Source of the DNA: an uncultured Gemmatimonadales bacterium
Lineage (GTDB): Bacteria; Gemmatimonadota; Gemmatimonadetes; Gemmatimonadales; GWC2-71-9
NCBI GenBank assembly: GCA_963842945.1
Contig: CAWJIM010000021.1
Span: 256,001 to 320,000 of the forward strand
Direction: 5' to 3'
DNA length: 64,000 bases
A program made the position numbers and the translations under genes. This document shows, in pieces, positions 31,727 to 42,501 of this stretch; position 1 is the stretch's first letter; each line of letters opens with the position of its first letter. The notes below the pieces were generated by a model. That model was not told where the DNA came from. It saw nothing but the letters and a program-made list of their open reading frames with translations, and searched no databases.

Positions 31727-33076
31727 TCGTCGCCAAGTTCGGGGGAACCTCGGTGACGGATTCCGAGGCAATTGGGCGGCTCATCGACATCGTACGCGGC
31801 CGGATTGTGGACCAACCGGTAGTTGTGGTGTCAGCGTTGGCGGGAGTGACCGACCGGCTGCTGAGCCTGGCGGCCGAGGCCGAAACCGAGGAGTCGGGCA
31901 CGCTGGATCAGGCGCTGCGCGCTCTGCTCGATCGCCACGTGCAGATTGCGCACTCTCTGCCCGGAGCGGATGGAGCGCTGGACAGCATACTGGCCGACGG
32001 GGAAACCCTACGCCTGGAGCTCAAGGGCCTACGAGATCGGAGCCCGACCCCGGCTCAGCTGGATGCCATTGCCGCGCGAGGAGAGCTATGGAGCTCCAGG
32101 CTGGTGGCCGGCGCGCTGGGTGGCTGCCGGCATCAATGTCACCTGGATCGACATCCGACCGATCATGGTGACTGACGCACGGTTCACCCGGGCCACTCCC
32201 TACATGCAGGTCATCAACACCCGGGCTCGGGAGTGTCTGCGGCCGCTGTGCCAGGCAGGACAGGTTCCGGTCACCCAGGGGTTCATCGGCGCCACCGCTA
32301 CCGGCGCCACCACCACCCTGGGCCGGGGAGGATCCGACTTTACCGCCGCGCTGCTCGGGGCGGCGCTCGAGGCCAGCCGGGTCGAGATCTGGACCGATGT
32401 GGATGGCCTCATGACGGCCGATCCGCGCATCGTGTCCGGTGCTCGCACGCTCAAGGCGGCGAGCTACGAGGAGGCTGCCGAGCTCGCCACTTTCGGGGCC
32501 AAAATCCTCCACCCGGCAACGGCGCTGCCACTCGTGCGGTTGGGCATACCGATCGTGATTCTCAACTCCCGGCACCCGGACCGCACCGGAACCACGATCG
32601 AACCGGAAGCCGTGATAGAGCAGGTGGGAGACTCGCCCATTCGCTCGATCTCCTGGAAGCAGGGGATCACCGTGATCAACATCCGCGCGCCCCGAATGCT
32701 GGGCGCCTTCGGCTTTCTTCGGGCGCTGTTCGAGATCTTCGAGCGACACGAGACGGTGGTGGACGTACTGGCGAGTGGCGAGATCAGCATCTCCATCACC
32801 ATCGAGGACCGCTCCCGGCTCACCCCGCTGCTGCGCGATCTGGAGGAGCTGGGCGAAGTATGGGTCGAGGAGCGGCGGGCGATTATTGCGGTGGTGGGAA
32901 TCGGTCTGCGCAACACCCCAGGCCTGGCGGCGCGGGTCTTCAACGCCGTCTGGCCGGCCAATGTCGAGGTGATTTCCCAGGGCTGCTCTTCGATCAACAT
33001 GACCTTCGTTGTGCGACAGGAAGACGGTCCTGACGTGGTGCGGAGGCTGCACCGTGAATTCTTCGGGAGCGACTGA
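31723..33076 (+). CDS. lysC: Aspartate kinase with ACT domains (frameshift near 32120)
   Basis: KFGGTSV, VVVSA, GE..SS, QGFIG, TLGRGGSD, WTDVDG, GAKILHP. Confidence 0.93.
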
Positions 33077-33087
33077 CGCAGGCTACC

Positions 33088-33783
33088 ATGCGGATTGCCA
33101 TCATCGGCAACGGGAGGATGGGCAAGGCGGTCGCGGCGCTCGCCCGGGAACGAGGGCACATCATCCATGCCGTGATTCAGCGCGCCGAGAATGTCGATGG
33201 CCAAGCCCTGACCGAAGAGCGGCTGAAGGGCGTGGACGTGGCGGTGGAGTTCACTCGGCCCGACTCCGTACTCAGAAACCTGGAGCGGCTGAGCGAGCTC
33301 GGCATCCCAACCGTGACGGGAACGACGGGGTGGGGAGACGAGCTCGCGCAGGTGAGTCAATGGTTCCAGCAGCGGCGGGGCGCCTTGCTCCACGCGGCAA
33401 ACTTCGCCGTGGGAGTCCACCTCTTTCTCCGCGCTGCCCGGGAGCTGGCCCGAGGATTTCGCGCCTTGCCGGAGTTCAGCGCCTCGATCGAGGAAGAACA
33501 TCATCAGTCCAAACTGGACGCCCCTTCAGGCACGGCGCTCCTGTTGCAGCGCCAGCTCCGGGCTGAAGATCACGGCCGCAACATTCCGATCTCCTCGATC
33601 CGCCAGGGTAATGCCGTCGGCACGCACACGCTGACCTACCAGAGCGCGCACGAGACCGTCACCTTGCGTCACGCCGCCCAAAGCCGGGAGGTGTTCGCGG
33701 CGGGTGCCTTATCAGCGGCTGAATGGTTGCCTGGCCACGAGGGCGTCTTCACCTTCGAGCAGATGTTGTTCGGACCTGCATGA
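33088..33783 (+). CDS. dapB: 4-hydroxy-tetrahydrodipicolinate reductase
   Basis: G.GRMG, EFT.P, GTTG, E.HH..K.DAPSGTA, R..FA.GA. Confidence 0.95.
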   Translation: MRIAIIGNGRMGKAVAALARERGHIIHAVIQRAENVDGQALTEERLKGVDVAVEFTRPDSVLRNLERLSELGIPTVTGTTGWGDELAQVSQWFQQRRGALLHAANFAVGVHLFLRAARELARGFRALPEFSASIEEEHHQSKLDAPSGTALLLQRQLRAEDHGRNIPISSIRQGNAVGTHTLTYQSAHETVTLRHAAQSREVFAAGALSAAEWLPGHEGVFTFEQMLFGPA

Positions 33784-34664
33784 CACGCCTGCAAGGGTGT
33801 GGGACGGCGCTGGTCACTCCGTTTACCGATTCGGGATCGGTAGATTTTCCGGCGCTGCGGGCCTTGGTCGATTGGCAGATTGCCGAGGGCGTCGATTTCC
33901 TGGTGCCCTGCGGATCCACCGGTGAAGCGCAGACCCTGAACGATTCCGAGCGTGAGCGTGTCGTAGCCGCCGTGGTGGAGCTCGCCAACGGCAGAGTGCC
34001 GGTCATGGCAGGTGCTACCAGCAACGACACGGCCAAGGCGGTCGACGAAGCTCAGCGCATGTGCCGGCTCGGCGCCGATTACGTGCTCAGCGCCACTCCC
34101 TACTACAACAAGCCCGGCCAGGAAGGTCTGTTCCGGCATTTCAGCGCCGTCGCCGATGCCGCCACCAAGCCGGTCTGCCTGTATAACGTCCCAGGGCGCA
34201 CCGCGGTCAATCTCCGGCCCGACCTGGCGCTCCGCCTGGCCGAGCACCCGAACATTATGGGTATCAAGGAAGCCAGCGGCGATCTGAGCCAGATCATGAC
34301 TCTCCTTCAATCGAGACCGGATGACTTCGCGGTGCTCTCGGGAGACGACTGGCTGACCTTACCGGTGCTGGGCGCCGGCGGCGATGGCCTGATATCGGTT
34401 GTCTCCAACGAAATTCCAGCGGCCATGACCGCCCTGGTGCACCTGCTTCTCTCGGACAACATCCATAACGCCCGCTCGCTCCACTACCGCTTACTCCCCC
34501 TGATGAACGCCAATTTTTTGGAGACCAACCCCGCTCCGGTCAAGGCTGCGCTCCACTGCATGGGCCGGATCCAGAACGTGCTCCGGCTTCCGCTGCTGCC
34601 GGCCAGCCAGGCAACAGTTCTGGCCCTCCGCCAAGCGCTGCAGGGGGCCGGGGTAGCTCTGTGA
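33780..34664 (+). CDS. dapA: 4-hydroxy-tetrahydrodipicolinate synthase
   Basis: ALVTPF, GSTGE, PYYNKP, LYNVPGRT, GIKEASG, SGDD, ETNP.PVK. Confidence 0.97.
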   Translation: MTRLQGCGTALVTPFTDSGSVDFPALRALVDWQIAEGVDFLVPCGSTGEAQTLNDSERERVVAAVVELANGRVPVMAGATSNDTAKAVDEAQRMCRLGADYVLSATPYYNKPGQEGLFRHFSAVADAATKPVCLYNVPGRTAVNLRPDLALRLAEHPNIMGIKEASGDLSQIMTLLQSRPDDFAVLSGDDWLTLPVLGAGGDGLISVVSNEIPAAMTALVHLLLSDNIHNARSLHYRLLPLMNANFLETNPAPVKAALHCMGRIQNVLRLPLLPASQATVLALRQALQGAGVAL

Positions 34665-35518
34665 AAGACAGCGGGCGGTCTCGGGAGGAGCTGAGAGCCG
34701 AGATCGAGCGTTATGCCACTGGGGTGCCTCAAGGAGACGAAGCCAAGGCGCTGCGAGCCTTTGAGGCGCTCAAGCAACTGCTCAACAGCGGCACGGTACG
34801 AGCCGCCGAGCGTGCCGCGGATGGAAGCTGGCGAGTAAACCCCTGGGTCAAGAGCGGCATTCTCCTCGGCTTCAGGCTCGGACGGGTAGCTGAGGTGCTC
34901 ACCTCCGGCCCCTTTCCGTTCTTCGATAAGGACACGTACCCTTTGCGCACCGTCAGCCCGGCAGACGGCATCCGCATTGTCCCTGGAGGCTCGGCCATTC
35001 GGGATGGGTGCTACGTGGCTCCCGGAGTGGTGTGCATGCCGCCGATGTACATCAACGTGGGCGCCTATGTCGGCGAGGGGACAATGGTCGACTCACACGC
35101 CCTGGTCGGCTCCTGTGCCCAGATCGGGCGACGGGTCCATCTGTCCGCGGGGGCACAGATCGGGGGAGTGCTGGAGCCGGCAGGTGCCCTTCCAGTGATC
35201 ATCGAAGACGAGGTGCTGGTTGGGGGCAACTCCGGGGTATATGAAGGGACCATCGTGCGGGAACGCGCGGTGCTGGCTCCGGGCACCATTTTGAGTGCCG
35301 GCACCAGCGTCTTCGACCTGGTGCGCGATCGGGTCTACCGCCGTGAGGGAGATCGTCCGCTCGAGATTCCCGCCGGCGCGGTAGTTGTGCCGGGGACCCG
35401 CCCGGTCCGGTCCGGTCCCGGCGCCAAAGCCGGTGTTGCGTTGTACACGCCGGTCATCGTGAAATACCGGGATGAGAAAACCGATACCGCGACAAAGCTG
35501 GAAGAGCTGCTGCGATGA
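34661..35518 (+). CDS. dapD: Tetrahydrodipicolinate N-succinyltransferase
   Basis: [43 protein letters not shown]. Confidence 0.95.
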   Translation: MKDSGRSREELRAEIERYATGVPQGDEAKALRAFEALKQLLNSGTVRAAERAADGSWRVNPWVKSGILLGFRLGRVAEVLTSGPFPFFDKDTYPLRTVSPADGIRIVPGGSAIRDGCYVAPGVVCMPPMYINVGAYVGEGTMVDSHALVGSCAQIGRRVHLSAGAQIGGVLEPAGALPVIIEDEVLVGGNSGVYEGTIVRERAVLAPGTILSAGTSVFDLVRDRVYRREGDRPLEIPAGAVVVPGTRPVRSGPGAKAGVALYTPVIVKYRDEKTDTATKLEELLR

Positions 35519-35940
35519 CCAGCCATACGCACTATCTCTGGTTCGAGACCAGGAAGCGTCAGGAGATCATCGACATCACGGACCAGGTCGCGGAGCAGGT
35601 GCAGGCCAGCGGGGTGCGTGAGGGATTCGTGCTGGTCTCGGCCATGCACATCAGTGCATCCGTGTTCGTCAACGATCATGAGTCAGGGCTGTGGCAGGAT
35701 ATCCTGGCCTGGCTGGAGAACACCATAGCGCCGTGGGACCCCGGCCGATATCAGCACAACGAGACCGGAGAGGACAACGCCGCGGCTCACCTGAGGAGCC
35801 TGACCGTGGGTCACGAGGTGATTGTCCCCATCACTGCCGGTAAGCTGGATTTCGGCCCCTGGCAGCGGGTCTTCTACGGTGAGTGGGACGGCCAGCGCCG
35901 CAAGCGGGTGGTGATCAAGGTCCTCGGCGACAAGAGCTAG
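35515..35940 (+). CDS. yjbQ: YjbQ/UPF0047 family protein
   Basis: DIT..V, H.SA...N, Y.H...GEDNA.AH, G.WQ....E.DG.R.R. Confidence 0.9.
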   Translation: MTSHTHYLWFETRKRQEIIDITDQVAEQVQASGVREGFVLVSAMHISASVFVNDHESGLWQDILAWLENTIAPWDPGRYQHNETGEDNAAAHLRSLTVGHEVIVPITAGKLDFGPWQRVFYGEWDGQRRKRVVIKVLGDKS

Positions 35941-35949
35941 AAATGACAA

Positions 35950-35977
35950 GGCCAGGGCGCTCACCGACGCCCTGGCC
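35950..35977. terminator. Hairpin between convergent genes (probable terminator)
   Basis: GGCCAGGGCG-8 nt-CGCCCTGGCC, perfect 10-bp stem. Confidence 0.65.
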
Positions 35978-35998
35978 CTGCCGCTAGCGACTTCTATT

Positions 35999-38059
35999 TT
36001 AGTGGCCGAAGATTCGGCGAATTACCGGCCCACCCCTCGGCGCGCTAACGAAGCGGAAGAGCGCTTCGTGAGTGCTGCCATCAGCCAGCGTCAGCACAAA
36101 CACGCGGCAAGTGCCCGCCCAGCTCGGATTGGTCTTCCATACATAGTTGTAGCTGTACCCGAGCGACCGGAGGCCAGGGAGTACGGCCAGGCCGGGACGC
36201 ACGACATTCTCCGGGGCACCCGCCGGACACGCCACCTCAGTAGAGGTCGGCGTCTGCAGCAGGACGCTCCTACCCCGGTATCCACCCACCGTGAACTTCA
36301 CGGGGATGGCGCTTCCGGCCTGAACCGCGTTCACGTACGGCATGTTCCTCAGTGGCGCAAAGAACCCGGCGAACCTCATGGCGCCCGAGACGGTGATCGA
36401 AACCGCCTTGGACGCCGCACTATAATTGCCACTGGCCGGCGTAAACTGCACCGACAGAGAGTAGGTTCCGGCGGCGAACGAGGTCCCGGCCGCGGGAGTA
36501 TAGCTGAAGCTGCCGGTCAGAGGCGCGCCGCCCACACCGGTGGCCGTCGCATTGAGCTGCGAAGGACCGAGCGGAGTGCCCGACCCCAGCGAGCCAGGCG
36601 TCCAGTGCAGATCAGGAGCGGCCTGACGGATGGTCAGAGTTCCACTCGCCGCCGGGGCCTGGTAATTCGGGTTATTCAGCGTCGCGCTCACCACGTAGAC
36701 GCCAGCGTTGATCGGCTGGGCCACCGGGGAGCCGTTCAGGGTATAGCTGACAGTCACGCCACTCAGCCCCGAGGGGTTGGTGGTGATGGCGGCACTCTTC
36801 ACCGTTCCGTCATAGGTGAACTCGGTACCGACCGCGATGCTGGCCGGCGCCTTGGTAATCGCAAAGGTCCGCGAAACATCGGCAGCGGGGGCATAGGCAT
36901 CGTTACCCGCCTGGTGGGCGGTGATGGTGCACGAGCCCGCGGCATTGATCGACACACTGGAACCGACTACGGCACAGTTGCCGGTCGCCGTGAAGTTCAC
37001 CGGCAGGCCGGAGCTGGTCGAGGCACTCACTGCAAACGCCAGGTCACCAAAGACCTTGTCGCCCAGCGGGTCGAAGGTGATCGTCTGGGGCACGGCAACC
37101 ACGGCACCCGACGCCGCAGCCCAGCGGACCGCGTTCAGATACAGGTGCTGCACATTGGGATCCTGCAGCGTCAGCAGGTCGTGCAGGTTACCGAGATCAT
37201 CCCACGGATAGTTCGGGGCAAAGCTGAAGTTGACCACACGGCCGGACCCCAGCTCACGCACCAGCACGGCGGGGCCGCCGGTAGAGACCTGCATCAGCAC
37301 GGTCGCAAAATCCTTGGCCGGACCTGCGTCGTGACCGTCCGCCGGCACGGAGAACGACGCCGGTAATCCGGCCAACACCGGGTGGCCCTGACCGGCGGTT
37401 ACGCGCTCATAAGTCACAGTACAACCGCTGCAGTTATGCTCCGGGCCGCCGGGATCGAAACCGGTGCCGAGCAGGACGAGCTCGGTAAGACCGGCTTGCG
37501 GCTCGTAACTGTCCCACTGGGAGCCGACAAAGCCGCCACCATTCTGGACGAAGTTGGTGAGGGCCTGCTGGGCCTCGGCCGACAGCGGGAAGTCGTAGGT
37601 CGCACCATTCAGGTGAATGACGACGTCGAAGCCATTCAGGCTTGGGTTCGTTCCGTCCCAGGTGTACTCCGGGGCCGGACGAAGGGTGACCTGAACGCCG
37701 GAATCCGCCAGGCTCGCGGCCAGGGCACTGGTCGCGACCGCGTCGGTGTCGGCGAGGATGAGTACGCTCGGTCCCTCACCGGCGGCCTGACCGACACCAA
37801 AGCTCGGGCTCGCCTTCAGCGAGACGAGAGCCTTGGCCGGACCGGAGCTGGCCACCGCCATCGAGGACGGAGCAAGCTTGGCCCTGGGGTGGGGACCACT
37901 GGTCGCCACCAGGGGCTGCGTCTTTATGGAAGTCGTGGGTTCGGTAGGCTGGTCGCTACTGCACGCCAGCTGTCCCGCCAGAATGATTGCGATGAATGGC
38001 AGGAGGAGCCGAGCCCGTCGGCGGTGCGGGTGCAAGGTCAAGAACAGTGGGCCGGTCAT
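35999..38059 (-). CDS. Surface lipoprotein with GATase/ThuA-like domain, MBG-like repeats and C-terminal PxKF domain
   Basis: Lipobox QLAC; GGGFVG and HPVLAGLP; QTITF, YDG...NAG.Y.V, LG..QLNAT; AGSAIPVKF...Y.YVWKT..W...C. Confidence 0.7.
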   Translation of the reverse strand: MTGPLFLTLHPHRRRARLLLPFIAIILAGQLACSSDQPTEPTTSIKTQPLVATSGPHPRAKLAPSSMAVASSGPAKALVSLKASPSFGVGQAAGEGPSVLILADTDAVATSALAASLADSGVQVTLRPAPEYTWDGTNPSLNGFDVVIHLNGATYDFPLSAEAQQALTNFVQNGGGFVGSQWDSYEPQAGLTELVLLGTGFDPGGPEHNCSGCTVTYERVTAGQGHPVLAGLPASFSVPADGHDAGPAKDFATVLMQVSTGGPAVLVRELGSGRVVNFSFAPNYPWDDLGNLHDLLTLQDPNVQHLYLNAVRWAAASGAVVAVPQTITFDPLGDKVFGDLAFAVSASTSSGLPVNFTATGNCAVVGSSVSINAAGSCTITAHQAGNDAYAPAADVSRTFAITKAPASIAVGTEFTYDGTVKSAAITTNPSGLSGVTVSYTLNGSPVAQPINAGVYVVSATLNNPNYQAPAASGTLTIRQAAPDLHWTPGSLGSGTPLGPSQLNATATGVGGAPLTGSFSYTPAAGTSFAAGTYSLSVQFTPASGNYSAASKAVSITVSGAMRFAGFFAPLRNMPYVNAVQAGSAIPVKFTVGGYRGRSVLLQTPTSTEVACPAGAPENVVRPGLAVLPGLRSLGYSYNYVWKTNPSWAGTCRVFVLTLADGSTHEALFRFVSAPRGGPVIRRIFGH

Positions 38060-38217
38060 ATTTCCTCCAGTGCCGCGAAGGTGGAACTACGGTTAAAAGC
38101 CCTCATCGTTGAGCGTGAACTAGATCAGACTCCGGGGACCTGTACGAACTTGTTGTGTGATCTGACTACCCCTGGTCCTGGTACTAACCTGTTGTCTGTC
38201 CCAACTCACCCCTGCCT

Positions 38218-40125
38218 TTACCGGCCTTTCTTCTCCTTCCTGGCCGGTACTACAGCCTTCGACTTGGGTGCCACTTCCGGAGGCTCGAGCACGAACGTAG
38301 CCCGCGCCTCGGTTCCCCTCACTGCCGCCACCAGCGTGCGTCTGCCCTCTTTGCTCGCCGGCGTCCACCGGGTGTGAGCTCGCCCGTGGGCATCGGTCAT
38401 CACTCGAGCCGGACTGACGCTCCCGAACTTCGTGGTGAACACCACCGGTTGATCGGCGGCCGGGTTGCCGTACGCGTCAGTCAGATCCACATCGAGTGAC
38501 TGCACCGCCCTGGTTGCCGTTCCCGGCTTGGGAGTCACGAAGGCCAGGTTAGCGGGACTCGCCGCCCGGGCTCGTGCCGTGATCTCCAGTGGTCGATCGA
38601 TCCCCTCCACTCTCACCTTCAGGTGCTGGGCCCCGATGGAGTGCCCCAGCGTCCAGGGAAGCTTTGCCCGGCCAGTCGCATCGGTGGTGATCACGCTGTC
38701 GCTCACCGAGCCGGCCTGCGGCTCCAGCGTGAGCGGCACGCCGGGAACCTCGTTCCCCGCCAGGTCCACCACCTTGATCTCAACCGCGGGCCGGAGGGGC
38801 TGTCCCACCGTGCCCTCGTACTTGGCGGTACCCACGGCCGCAGCCTTGGCCGGCGCTCCGGCCACCGCATTCGCCGCGACCACAAAGCGAGGCACGGTCC
38901 TGGCGCTTCCTACCTGGACGTAGGCTCGCTGCTCTCCGCTCCGGGCTCCGAGTGTCCAGCGGGCCCGCGTCTCGCCCAGAGAGTCGGTTCGCGATTCGGC
39001 CGCCACGATGCTGCCATCGTCCGCCGCCGACCACGCCACCGGCACATCCGCCAGAGCGACTCCGCTGGTGTCCGTCACTCGTACCGTCACCGGCTCGGGC
39101 AGCGCGGAGCTCACCGGTCCCCGAAGCTCTTCGGTCACCACGGTGAGCCTGGTATTGGCCGCTACCGGCTCCGCCTCCGCCGTCACCACGGTCGGTGTCG
39201 CCACTCCATCGGCCATTACCGAGAGGGTCTGACGCCCAGGCGATCCGCCGAGAATCCAGCTGGCCCGAGCCACGCCCTGTGCATCCGACGAGTCGGCCTG
39301 GGGCTCGGCTCGTCCTTCGTTCTCCTGCAGGACAAACCGCACCGGGATCCCCGGAACCGGCCGTCCACTGCGGGAGACCACCTGCACCGACACCGGCTGC
39401 GGCACTCGGCGTCCGGCCGGTGCCCGCTGTCCGTCTCCTGAGAGCAGCGTCAGCGACGAGGGCACGGGGTACACTTCCACCGGCAGCTGCGTCGCCATCG
39501 CGTTATTGCTGACGGTGAACACCGTCTTTCCCGGTGCCACTCCCACCGCGTTCCCCACGCTGTCGACGCTGGCCACCGAAGGGTCGGCAGAACGCCACCG
39601 CACGATCGCCCCCTGGATCTCGTTGCCTCTGGCATCGACCAGCTTTGCCGCCACGATGCCCTGATCACCTTCGGGCATGCCGAGGATCGTGTCCCCAGTG
39701 ACGGTCAAGGCTGCCGGTTGCTGCTGCACATACACGTGGGCCCGTACCGTCTTGTTGCCCACCGTGACCATGATGACGGTCGCTCCACCACCCTGAGCGA
39801 TTACCGTTCCCGCGCTATCGACCGATGCCACGGTCGTGTCGCTGCTATTCCACAGCGTGGGGGCTCCTGGTAAGGCGTTCCCCCGCGTGTCCGTTGCCGT
39901 CACCGCCAGTTGAATCGTGTCACCGATCGAGGTCGCCGTGTCCGCCGTGGGCGTGACTCCGACCCATCTCACGGTGGTGACACCCAGCGAGTCCGCCTCG
40001 AACTTGGACTTGAGCGAGTGGGTGTACGAGAGAATCGACACCAGACCCGCTCCCGCCGAGATCACACCTGCGCCCCAGCGCCACGCATTGCTGATCAAGC
40101 CCTGAGGTGGCAGGACTCTGGGCAT
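38218..40125 (-). CDS. Membrane-anchored multi-Ig-like (Big_2/Big_1) protein
   Basis: N-terminal hydrophobic anchor; WNSSDTTVASVDSAG twice; repeated TD..G.A...WTLG...G.Q. Confidence 0.8.
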   Translation of the reverse strand: MPRVLPPQGLISNAWRWGAGVISAGAGLVSILSYTHSLKSKFEADSLGVTTVRWVGVTPTADTATSIGDTIQLAVTATDTRGNALPGAPTLWNSSDTTVASVDSAGTVIAQGGGATVIMVTVGNKTVRAHVYVQQQPAALTVTGDTILGMPEGDQGIVAAKLVDARGNEIQGAIVRWRSADPSVASVDSVGNAVGVAPGKTVFTVSNNAMATQLPVEVYPVPSSLTLLSGDGQRAPAGRRVPQPVSVQVVSRSGRPVPGIPVRFVLQENEGRAEPQADSSDAQGVARASWILGGSPGRQTLSVMADGVATPTVVTAEAEPVAANTRLTVVTEELRGPVSSALPEPVTVRVTDTSGVALADVPVAWSAADDGSIVAAESRTDSLGETRARWTLGARSGEQRAYVQVGSARTVPRFVVAANAVAGAPAKAAAVGTAKYEGTVGQPLRPAVEIKVVDLAGNEVPGVPLTLEPQAGSVSDSVITTDATGRAKLPWTLGHSIGAQHLKVRVEGIDRPLEITARARAASPANLAFVTPKPGTATRAVQSLDVDLTDAYGNPAADQPVVFTTKFGSVSPARVMTDAHGRAHTRWTPASKEGRRTLVAAVRGTEARATFVLEPPEVAPKSKAVVPARKEKKGR

Positions 40126-40156
40126 TGCTGGCTTGGATGCAACCACCGGTGCTGGT

Positions 40157-40570
40157 TTACTCCATCCGGTCACAGAGCGGCACCCTTTCTTCACCCGCCA
40201 TTTCTCCGTCGCCGTCGGTCTTCGGGAGCTCCGCGCCATTCAGCGCGCCGACAAAGACGACGCAGCTCCGACCCGGCCGCGTTCGATGGGTTGCCTTGGC
40301 GCGCCACCCACCCGGGCCGGCGCCAAGAATCTCAACCTTCACATCCGCATCCGGATCCACCTGCAACGCCTCCAGGGTGCTCGCGAATCCCGGATGCGAC
40401 GCCCGATACTTGTCCTGGGCGGAGACCACCGTCCGCAGTGAGCTCTTGAGGATCGATGCCGGCGTCGCCTGCCACGCTGCGCCCACAGTCTGGGCTGGAG
40501 CGCCGCTAGGCGCCCCGAGTCCCAGTCCGAGAACCAGGGCGTGGGCTGCGAGTTGTCCCGCTCGAGACAT
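40157..40570 (-). CDS. Secreted pilin-like globular protein
   Basis: Sec-type signal peptide; LKSSLRTVVSAQDKY, GW.A.ATH, Cys pair; GGAGG upstream of ATG 40570. Confidence 0.5.
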   Translation of the reverse strand: MSRAGQLAAHALVLGLGLGAPSGAPAQTVGAAWQATPASILKSSLRTVVSAQDKYRASHPGFASTLEALQVDPDADVKVEILGAGPGGWRAKATHRTRPGRSCVVFVGALNGAELPKTDGDGEMAGEERVPLCDRME

Positions 40571-40818
40571 CGCTCCTCCTGCATTCGGACCAGCGTACGA
40601 CGCTGACGAGGGTTCAGCCGCTCGTCTGTCCCTCACGTGCCGAAGGCTTTGGGGCACAGGTATTTTCGGCAAGAAGCCCTAAAGTCTCAATTCGTAAGAA
40701 AGTGACAGCGTATAGAATGCAGGCAGCGCTAAAACGGCAGGAACGACAAAACTGCAGAATCAGTTGTGCGGCACGAGGCTACGTCATGCAAGCGATCGCA
40801 GCGGCAGGCTGCAGCGGG

Positions 40819-42495
40819 TCACATAAGCCGGTACTTGGGTCCGCTCCCACCCTCCCGGGGCGTCCAGCGCGGACCCACCACATCGGTGGCCTTACAATCG
40901 ACACAATTGGGCGCGTTGACCCGGAGCTGTCCATCGACCACCTCATAGACGCCCGCGGGACACAGGTGGGAGTAGAACTGGGCCAGCTCCGGACTCACAT
41001 CCCGGCCAACCAAGAGGTGGGAAGGGATGGTGTCGCGAGTCGCATTTCCTGACTTGAACACCGCGTCGAGCTTGCCGAAGGTGAGCACGCCGTCCGGGCT
41101 GAAGGGCGATGCTCCATCGCTGACGCGGGGCACCGATGCATCGGATGGCATCGCGATCCTGCCGCCGGGAAAACGGCCTCCGGTCAGGGTCATCAGTCCG
41201 GCCTTGGCGCCACCCAGAAAGAATCCGTCCTTGAAGGCGAGCCTCATGTTCCGAGTGCGATACAGATCGCTCGCGATATAACTGTCGGCCACCATACGGT
41301 CGTATGCTCCGAGCGACGCCGCCGAGTTGTCTCCCGATTTGAGGGCCTGAAAAGCCACTCGGGCCGCAAAGATTCCCGACTGCATGGCGTAATGAATTCC
41401 CTTGAGAGAGGGGACATCCACAAACCCGGCAGCGTCGCCCAGGATCATGACCCCCGCGCCGTACCGCCGCTCCGGCAGCGAGTAATAGCCCCCTTCGGGA
41501 ATGGTCTTCGCTCCCCATTCCAGAAGCTGCCCTCCCTCCAGGTAAGGCCGAAAGAGTGGATGCAGCTTCATCCGCTGGAGCAATTGATGGACATCAAGCG
41601 CCGCATTGTGGTAGTCCAGTCCCACAACCAGCCCGAGAGCTATCTGGCTCGAGCTCAGCGGATACATGAAACTTCCACCGAACGCGTCAGTTGGCAGCGG
41701 CCATCCCAGAGTATGGACCACGCGGTCCAGCGGGCGTTTAGTCTCCCACACCTCTTTGACGCCGAGGGCGAACAGTTGTGGATTCGGAGAGCCGATCTTC
41801 TGCCACTGGGTGTAGGCCTGGGAGAGAAGTCCCCGAGTGCCCTCGGCCAGCATGGTGATTCGGGCGGTGACCTCAGTCGGCTCGGTGTAACCGCCGCCGG
41901 GTGTGCCGTCCCGACTCAAGCCCGACGGCGTAGTGCGCACTCCGCGGACCGATTCCCCATCCACTAGCAAAGCATCGACCGGGAAGCCGGCAAAGAGATT
42001 GATGCCCGCTTCCTCCGCCCGCTGACCCAGCCAGCGCACCACCTCACAGACAGATGCCGTGTAGTACCCGGAGTTGTGCATGGTGGGCGGAGTGGGAAGC
42101 CGCTGAGCCCTGCGTTCGGTCAACAGATAGACCGCCTCGCGCGACACCGCCTGGCGAAAGGGCATCTGCTCGATAGGGAGGTCGGGAAAGAGCTCGCGGA
42201 AGGCGCGGGGATTGATGACCGCACCCGACAGGTTGTGCTCACCCAGGCTCTCGGCCTTTTCCAGCACCGCGATGTTGAGCTCGGACATACCTCCGCCCGT
42301 CTCCTGCTCCTGCTTGGCCAGACGGCTCAGCTCGATGGCGCAGGCCAGCCCGGCGGGACCGGCGCCCACAATGAGCACATCCATCTCCATGGCTTCCGGC
42401 CCCGGCGGCTGGCGAATGATCAATCGGTCAAGCGGAAGCGCGGGCTGGTGCTGGGCGGGAAGGACGGTGGCCACTCGAGACTCCTGAACCTTCAA
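40819..42495 (-). CDS. ETF-quinone oxidoreductase (FixC plus FixX-like ferredoxin)
   Basis: IVGAGPAG, LSGA, AEG.RG, GVKEVW, KTIPEGG, KGIH.AM.SG; CPAGVYE...NCVDCKA. Confidence 0.9.
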   Translation of the reverse strand: MKVQESRVATVLPAQHQPALPLDRLIIRQPPGPEAMEMDVLIVGAGPAGLACAIELSRLAKQEQETGGGMSELNIAVLEKAESLGEHNLSGAVINPRAFRELFPDLPIEQMPFRQAVSREAVYLLTERRAQRLPTPPTMHNSGYYTASVCEVVRWLGQRAEEAGINLFAGFPVDALLVDGESVRGVRTTPSGLSRDGTPGGGYTEPTEVTARITMLAEGTRGLLSQAYTQWQKIGSPNPQLFALGVKEVWETKRPLDRVVHTLGWPLPTDAFGGSFMYPLSSSQIALGLVVGLDYHNAALDVHQLLQRMKLHPLFRPYLEGGQLLEWGAKTIPEGGYYSLPERRYGAGVMILGDAAGFVDVPSLKGIHYAMQSGIFAARVAFQALKSGDNSAASLGAYDRMVADSYIASDLYRTRNMRLAFKDGFFLGGAKAGLMTLTGGRFPGGRIAMPSDASVPRVSDGASPFSPDGVLTFGKLDAVFKSGNATRDTIPSHLLVGRDVSPELAQFYSHLCPAGVYEVVDGQLRVNAPNCVDCKATDVVGPRWTPREGGSGPKYRLM

Positions 42496-42501
42496 GGGTT
42501 T

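Noticed and set aside
40571..40818. c-di-GMP riboswitch in the long leader of the pilin-like gene
   Set aside because: Only scattered partial matches; I could not build the two-stem GEMM structure.
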